Source: Candidatus Methylomirabilis sp. (lineage in GTDB: Bacteria; DYJV01). From it: 64,000 bases of DNA. The notes beneath the pieces were generated by a model that saw only the letters and a list, made by a program, of their open reading frames with translations, had not been told where the DNA came from and ran no database searches. Made by a program: the position numbers and the translations under genes. Shown one piece after another: positions 58,663 through 64,000 of this stretch. Position 1 is the stretch's first letter. Every line of letters starts with the position of its first letter. The stretch spans positions 15,520-79,519 of the forward strand of contig DYJV01000001.1 in the NCBI GenBank assembly GCA_020722945.1. Direction: 5' to 3'.

Positions 58663-59337
58663 ATGGAAGAGATCGGAAAAGTAGTTCAGTGGCAATTTCA
58701 ATTATTTGGCGTTACCCTCACCGTAAACATCGTCACACTCATTATGTCGTGGATAGTTTGTGGGGTATTGGCTCTATTTACATTTCTTGCCACTATAAAA
58801 ATTAAATTTGTCCCTGGTGTTTTTCAATCTTTGGCTGAGACTATAATCGCTATCTTTGATAATCTCGTAGCTGATTCCCTTGAATCAAAAGATAGGAAGT
58901 ATTTCCCTTTCATAACTACAATATTCTTATTCATCATCCTCTCTAATTACATGGGTGTTTTCCCCGGAGGGGAGGAGCCCACTAAAGACCTCAATACTCC
59001 CTTGGGACTTGGGATACTTGGTTTTGTAGTTGCTCACTATTCAGGGATAAGAGTCAAAGGTTTGAAAACTTACATTTTAGAGTATATGCAGCCATTTTTT
59101 ATAATGGCACCACTTAATATTATTGGTGAATTGGCAAAGATAGTCTCAATATCTTTTAGATTATTTGGAAATATCATGGGTGGCTCCATAATAATAATTG
59201 TTATATCGAGTTTGGTTCACAACCTTGTTTTACCACCATTTCTAAATGCTTATTTTGGAATATTTGCAGGCACGGTTCAGGCGTTTGTTTTTACTATGCT
59301 TAGTTTGGTTTATATAGCGTTACAAATAAAAGGATAA
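58663..59337 (+). CDS. atpB: F-type ATP synthase subunit a
   Basis: 224-aa polytopic protein with the essential Arg motif ISFRLFGNIMGG and C-terminal QAFVFTMLSLVYI. Confidence 0.85.
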   Translation: MEEIGKVVQWQFQLFGVTLTVNIVTLIMSWIVCGVLALFTFLATIKIKFVPGVFQSLAETIIAIFDNLVADSLESKDRKYFPFITTIFLFIILSNYMGVFPGGEEPTKDLNTPLGLGILGFVVAHYSGIRVKGLKTYILEYMQPFFIMAPLNIIGELAKIVSISFRLFGNIMGGSIIIIVISSLVHNLVLPPFLNAYFGIFAGTVQAFVFTMLSLVYIALQIKG

Positions 59338-59341
59338 TCAG

Positions 59342-60076
59342 ATGGATTTTTCTATTGCAAATATGATTGATGCTTCAGCTTTTTTTGGAGCAGGTGTATG
59401 TATGGGGACAGGTGCTATAGGAGCTGCCATAGGTGAGGGTTATACTGCTGGTGAAGCTGTCAATGCTATTTCTCAGCAGCCTTCAGTCTCTCAAAATATT
59501 CTTAAGACAATGCTTATAAGTATGGCTGTTGCAGAGTCATCATCTATATTTGCATTAGTTGTTGCGATAATACTTGTTTTTTCAGATTTCACCTCTGGCA
59601 ATTTATATACAGCCACAGCCCTTATCTCTGCAGGTCTATGTATGGGTATAGGTGCTTTTGGTTCAGGTATAGGATCAGGTTTTCCTGGTGGGACGGCTTG
59701 TAAAGGTATTGGAAGGAATCCAAAAGTTAGTAATCAGATTGTTACTAATATGCTTATTGGACAGGCTGTTTCTCAGACTCCAGCTATATTTTCAATGCTT
59801 GTAACTTTTATACTTATTTACAAAAGTTACTCTTTGGAGATCACAATTACTTATATTTCAGCTATTTTAGGTGCAGGATTATCAATGGCTTTTGGAGCTA
59901 TTGGACCTGGTATTGGTGGTGGGATTGCTGCTGCTTACTCTACTGAGGGTGTCTCCAAAAATCCAGCACTCTCTAATGTCTTGACACGACTTATGTTGAT
60001 TGGGCAGGCTGTATCCCAATCCACAAGTGTCTATGCTTTGGTTGTATCTTTTGTTTTACTATTCATAGTTAAATAA
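59342..60076 (+). CDS. Triplicated F-type ATP synthase c subunit (three fused helical hairpins, about 6 TM); the ion-binding Glu is retained only in hairpin 1
   Basis: Three about 81-aa repeats each align to the adjacent 82-aa c subunit. Helix-2 motifs are MAVAESSSIF, GQAVSQTPAIF and GQAVSQSTSVY, against [11 protein letters not shown] in the single c. Loops are SQQP, GRNP and SKNP, against SRNP. Confidence 0.8.
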   Translation: MDFSIANMIDASAFFGAGVCMGTGAIGAAIGEGYTAGEAVNAISQQPSVSQNILKTMLISMAVAESSSIFALVVAIILVFSDFTSGNLYTATALISAGLCMGIGAFGSGIGSGFPGGTACKGIGRNPKVSNQIVTNMLIGQAVSQTPAIFSMLVTFILIYKSYSLEITITYISAILGAGLSMAFGAIGPGIGGGIAAAYSTEGVSKNPALSNVLTRLMLIGQAVSQSTSVYALVVSFVLLFIVK

Positions 60077-60087
60077 AATTTTTATAG

Positions 60088-60345
<258 letters not shown>

Positions 60346-60425
60346 TTTTTATCTGCCTTACTTCCTATCTAATTAATTTTTTTTATTTGTTATTCAGGAA
60401 GTATCAAAGAGAAAGGAGTTTTTCG

Positions 60426-60851
60426 GTGATAAATGTAAATTTCACTCTAATACTACAATTAATAAACTTTATCATTCTTATGTGGTTTCTGAATAAATTT
60501 CTTTTTAAGCCTATCTTAAAAGTATTGGATGAGAGAGATAAGAAGATAAAGGGTGATATTGAAGTAAGCGACAGTATAAATTCAAAGGTAGGTGAAGGTT
60601 TGTTGAAGTTGTCATCAGAGCTCAAACAAGCCAAAATAGATAGCAATATTTTAAAAAACAGTATTATTGCAGAAGGGATCAAATCGTCCAATGTTAAGAT
60701 TGAAGCAGCCAAGAACCAAGCCAAACAAAGTATTGACAAATTAAAAGCTGAATTAGAAAAAAACAGGCAAGTTGTTGAATCTGAGATGGAGAAAGATGTC
60801 TCAGCTTTTGCAAAGATGATATCATCAAATCTTATTGGCAGACAAATTTAA
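60426..60851 (+). CDS. atpF: F-type ATP synthase subunit b' (second b-type stalk subunit)
   Basis: N-terminal TM (LILQLINFIILMWFLNKFLFKPI) followed by LDERDKKIKGDI and a long charged helix. I prefer the GTG start at 60426 (AAAGGAG 7 nt upstream) over the track's 60387. Confidence 0.7.
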   Translation: MINVNFTLILQLINFIILMWFLNKFLFKPILKVLDERDKKIKGDIEVSDSINSKVGEGLLKLSSELKQAKIDSNILKNSIIAEGIKSSNVKIEAAKNQAKQSIDKLKAELEKNRQVVESEMEKDVSAFAKMISSNLIGRQI

Positions 60852-60865
60852 CAAGGAGTCCCTAA

Positions 60866-61474
60866 ATGGATAAATTTTCAAAATATCTCAAAATTACCTC
60901 TTTTATTCTATTTTTTTCCATCTTTTTTTGTTCAATTATATTTGCTGCTCATACAGGAGCTCACGATGCTGGTCACTCTTCCGAAGAGTTTAAAGCCCAG
61001 TTGTGGGATTTTGTGTGGAAAATTATAAATTTTGGAATATTAGCTTTCCTCTTCTACAAACTACTCAAAAAACCGCTAAAAGGATTTTTATCTTCAAGGA
61101 GAGAGAAGATTGAAACAGCAATAGTAGAAGCTGAAAATTCCCTCAAATTGGCAAAAGATAGAGAGAGAGAGTATGAGGAGAAGATAAAGAATCTTGAGAA
61201 AGAGAGAGCAAAGATAATTGAGCAGTATAAACAAGAGGGAGAATTGGAAAAAAAGAGAATTATAGAGCTTGCTGAAGAGAAAGCTAAAAAAATAGTTGAA
61301 CAAGCTCAAAACATAATAGAACTTGAAATTATAAAAGAGAAAGAGGAGATAAAAAAGAAAACTGCTCAAAAAATATTAATTCTTGCTGAAGAGTTGGTAA
61401 AGAAAAATATTAATGAAGATGACCACAAAAGGATTATTAATGATAGTTTGGAAAGGATGGTGAATATAAATTGA
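60866..61474 (+). CDS. atpF: F-type ATP synthase subunit b
   Basis: A hydrophobic N-terminus and a second TM (IINFGILAFLFYKLLKKPLKGFLSSRREKI) followed by a long Glu/Lys-rich coiled coil. Its position between b' and delta fits. Confidence 0.75.
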   Translation: MDKFSKYLKITSFILFFSIFFCSIIFAAHTGAHDAGHSSEEFKAQLWDFVWKIINFGILAFLFYKLLKKPLKGFLSSRREKIETAIVEAENSLKLAKDREREYEEKIKNLEKERAKIIEQYKQEGELEKKRIIELAEEKAKKIVEQAQNIIELEIIKEKEEIKKKTAQKILILAEELVKKNINEDDHKRIINDSLERMVNIN

Positions 61475-62013
61475 TCAAATACAAAATAGCAGCTAAATAT
61501 GCAAAAGCATTGTTAGAAACAGCTAAGGAGATAAATATTGCTGATCAAATTTATAACGATTTAGAGACTATTGCTGATGTTTTTAAAAATTCTCAAGATT
61601 TCAAGATTATTATGGTAGGTGCTTTGATCGGTAAATCTGAAAAAAAAGGTATAATAGCAATATTAGCAGAAAAATATAAATTTAACAGAATAGTTGTAAA
61701 TTTTCTCAATATGCTTATTGACAGGAGTAAGATTAAATTCCTCCCTGTCATTTTTGACAAATATAGTTCACTATATAAAGAGGATAAAGGGATTATTTCG
61801 GCAACTATCATATCTGCAGTAAAGTTAGATCAAACTATCTTATCAAATATAAAATCAAAATTGTCACTTAAACTTAATAAACAGCTTGAGCTTTCAGAGA
61901 AAGTAAATCCAGAAATACTTGGCGGTGTTATTATCAAAACAGAAGGAGTTACATTTAATAGTTCTTTAAGGATGAAACTAAATAATTTAAAAGAAAATAT
62001 ATTAAAGGGGTAG
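61471..62013 (+). CDS. atpH: F-type ATP synthase subunit delta (OSCP)
   Basis: 180 aa. [15 protein letters not shown] at the N-terminus and [12 protein letters not shown] near the C-terminus are delta-subunit signatures. TTG start overlapping the atpF stop by 4 nt. Confidence 0.75.
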   Translation: MIKYKIAAKYAKALLETAKEINIADQIYNDLETIADVFKNSQDFKIIMVGALIGKSEKKGIIAILAEKYKFNRIVVNFLNMLIDRSKIKFLPVIFDKYSSLYKEDKGIISATIISAVKLDQTILSNIKSKLSLKLNKQLELSEKVNPEILGGVIIKTEGVTFNSSLRMKLNNLKENILKG

Positions 62014-62017
62014 AAGA

Positions 62018-63532
62018 ATGCAGATCAAAGCTGATGAAATTAGTGGGATTTTAAAGCAACACATTCAAAATTATGATAATAAAGTAGAAGTTAGTGAGAC
62101 AGGGACAGTTCTTAGCGTTGGTGATGGTATTGCGAGGGTCTACGGATTAGAAAAAGTTATGAGTGGTGAGCTTGTTGAATTTCCTGGTAATATCTATGGA
62201 TTGGCACTAAACCTTGAAGAAGACAATGTTGGGATTGCTGTGCTCGGTGAAGATATCAATATTAAAGAGGGTGACCAAGTAAAAAGAACAGGTAGAATAT
62301 TTGAAGTTCCTGTTGGCAAAGGTTTACTTGGAAGGGTTGTGGATCCGGTTGGTAATCCTATTGATGGAAAGGGTCCTATAAAATCAGATATTTTTAGAAA
62401 AGTTGAGATAAAGGCTCCAGGTATTGTTGCAAGAAAATCTGTTCACGAACCTCTACAAACAGGTATCAAAGCTATTGACTCTATGATTCCGATAGGGAGA
62501 GGTCAAAGGGAGCTTATTATTGGTGACAGACAAACAGGGAAAACAGCTATTGCCATTGATACAATTATTAACCAAAAAGGGAAAAATTGCTACTGTATAT
62601 ATGTAGCAATAGGGCAAAAGAGATCCACTGTTGCAAATGTTATTGCAACTCTTGAAGAGTTTGGAGCAATGGATTATACCACAGTTGTTGCTGCTACGGC
62701 AAGTGAGCCGGCACCTCTTCAATATATGGCTCCATATACAGGAGTTACAATTGGTGAATATTTCAGAGATAATAGTATGCACGCACTTATTGTATATGAT
62801 GATCTCTCAAAACAGGCAACTGCATATAGACAGCTCTCTCTACTCTTAAGAAGACCGCCTGGAAGGGAAGCATACCCTGGTGATATATTCTACTGCCATT
62901 CAAGATTACTTGAAAGAGCTGCTAAGATGAGTGATGCAGAGGGAGCAGGTTCGTTGACAGCTCTCCCTATTATTGAGACTCAGGCAGGTGATGTGTCAGC
63001 ATATATCCCTACTAATGTTATTTCAATTACAGATGGTCAGATATATCTTGAAAGTGACCTTTTTTACTCTGGGGTTAGACCTGCGGTAAATGTTGGTCTT
63101 TCTGTTTCAAGAGTTGGTGGTAGTGCTCAGATAAAGGCAATGAAGCAGATTGCAGGAAGATTAAGATTGGAGCTTGCACAGTTTAGAGAGCTTGAAGCTT
63201 TTTCACAGTTTGGAAGTGACCTTGACAAAGCTACACAGGCACAGCTTGCAAGAGGTGCTAAACTTGTCCAGATATTAAAACAGGGTCAGTATGTGCCTTT
63301 GGAAGTTGAAAAGCAGGTTTTTATAATTTTTGCAGGGACAAATGGTTATCTTGACAAATATCCTAATGATGTTCTTGAAAGATATGAGAGAGAACTTTAT
63401 AGATTTGCGGAAAACAATTACTCTGATTTAATTGACAAGTTATCTAAGGAAAAGCAGATTACAGATGAGATAAAAGGGAAGTTAAATGAGATGCTTACTA
63501 AATTTGATGACGTGTTTGTAGTAGAGCAGTAA
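62018..63532 (+). CDS. atpA: F-type ATP synthase subunit alpha
   Basis: Walker [43 protein letters not shown] and [23 protein letters not shown]. Confidence 0.95.
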   Translation: MQIKADEISGILKQHIQNYDNKVEVSETGTVLSVGDGIARVYGLEKVMSGELVEFPGNIYGLALNLEEDNVGIAVLGEDINIKEGDQVKRTGRIFEVPVGKGLLGRVVDPVGNPIDGKGPIKSDIFRKVEIKAPGIVARKSVHEPLQTGIKAIDSMIPIGRGQRELIIGDRQTGKTAIAIDTIINQKGKNCYCIYVAIGQKRSTVANVIATLEEFGAMDYTTVVAATASEPAPLQYMAPYTGVTIGEYFRDNSMHALIVYDDLSKQATAYRQLSLLLRRPPGREAYPGDIFYCHSRLLERAAKMSDAEGAGSLTALPIIETQAGDVSAYIPTNVISITDGQIYLESDLFYSGVRPAVNVGLSVSRVGGSAQIKAMKQIAGRLRLELAQFRELEAFSQFGSDLDKATQAQLARGAKLVQILKQGQYVPLEVEKQVFIIFAGTNGYLDKYPNDVLERYERELYRFAENNYSDLIDKLSKEKQITDEIKGKLNEMLTKFDDVFVVEQ

Positions 63533-63544
63533 AAGGAGTAAATA

Positions 63545-64000
63545 ATGGCAGGTTTACGTGATATAAAGAAGAGAATAGAGAGTGTCAAAAGCACTCAGCA
63601 GATTACAAAAGCTATGTATATGGTTTCTGCTGCTAAGTTGAGAAGAGCTGAAGAGGGTGTAAAGAAAGTATTGCCTTACTCAGACAAGTTAAAAAAAATT
63701 ATGTCAAGTATATATTCACGTATTACAACAAAAGATCATCCTCTTATATTAGAAAGAGAGCCACAGAATGTGGTTATTATAGGAATAGCTTCAGATAGAG
63801 GATTATGTGGAAGTTTTAATAATAACCTCTTAAAAGAGATTAACAGATTTATGACCCAAAACAGCTTTAACTACTCTGCAATTGCAATAGGTAGAAAGGT
63901 TAAAGATTTCTTTTTTAAGAAAAATATCAATCTTCTATCATCGTATGAAGGTGTAGGAAATGTTGATTACAAAATTGCTGCAGAATTATCTGAAAAGCTT
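63545..64000 (+). CDS. atpG: F-type ATP synthase subunit gamma (5' part; runs off the window end)
   Basis: My translation from ATG 63545: MAGLRDIKKRIESVKSTQQITKAMYMVSAAKLRRAEE..., the canonical gamma N-terminus. Open to base 64000. AAGGAG SD. Confidence 0.85.
   Translation, partial: MAGLRDIKKRIESVKSTQQITKAMYMVSAAKLRRAEEGVKKVLPYSDKLKKIMSSIYSRITTKDHPLILEREPQNVVIIGIASDRGLCGSFNNNLLKEINRFMTQNSFNYSAIAIGRKVKDFFFKKNINLLSSYEGVGNVDYKIAAELSEKL

Noticed and set aside
60387-60425. Upstream TTG start giving a 154-aa b' subunit (MLFRKYQRERSFS...)
   Set aside because: The extension would place the AAAGGAG Shine-Dalgarno inside the coding sequence. The GTG at 60426 sits 7 nt after that SD and yields a typical b-type N-terminus.

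Overview
Densely coded 64-kb chromosomal window from an AT-rich bacterium. The gene content suggests a motile anaerobe with an outer membrane; a Deferribacterota-like origin is only a guess. I support about 58 protein-coding genes in five strand blocks: + 1-27870, - 27916-42369, + 42461-54455, - 54563-56187, + 56275-64000. I saw no rRNA, tRNA, CRISPR array, transposase, integrase or prophage gene.

Contents in order:
- glnD (partial), bioA and cheY.
- A receiver/RsbW-like kinase, then a thioesterase, two ABC permeases and a methyltransferase.
- A NifU-like gene and pgi.
- A tightly packed unit from about 9990 to 24069: cheA (two HPt domains), STAS, cheW, a lid-less Hsp70, a J-protein, a sigma-54 activator, a TPR protein, a second sigma-54 activator and a fused radical-SAM protein.
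- A Cache-type MCP, a metal-binding protein, a macro-domain protein, thrC, pyrE, uvrB and a fliJ-like gene.
- A split archaeal-type glutamate synthase and a lipid-modification operon (SDR, PAP2, lipid kinase).
- An oxidative-stress island: rubrerythrin, flavodiiron protein and a cytochrome bd-like oxidase with a fused cytochrome c domain.
- A stand-alone IMP cyclohydrolase with purD.
- A cNMP/CBS/DUF294 gene broken by an in-frame TGA, followed by a DEDDh exonuclease and an Acs-like protein.
- A heptosyltransferase, cysS, cheX and the start of an F-type ATP synthase operon.

Most interesting observations:
1. The ATP synthase operon carries a triplicated 244-aa c subunit. Only hairpin 1 keeps the ion-binding glutamate; hairpins 2 and 3 have Gln. 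A normal 82-aa c subunit with a Na+-type motif sits next to it.
2. An Hsp70/J-domain pair is translationally coupled to cheW inside the chemosensory operon, with STAS/RsbW-like partner-switch parts and pseudo-receiver sigma-54 activators nearby.
3. A single in-frame TGA splits the cNMP-CBS-DUF294 gene.
4. A CydA-like protein is fused to a cytochrome c domain.

All calls rest on motif recognition by eye. No database search or structure prediction was run.
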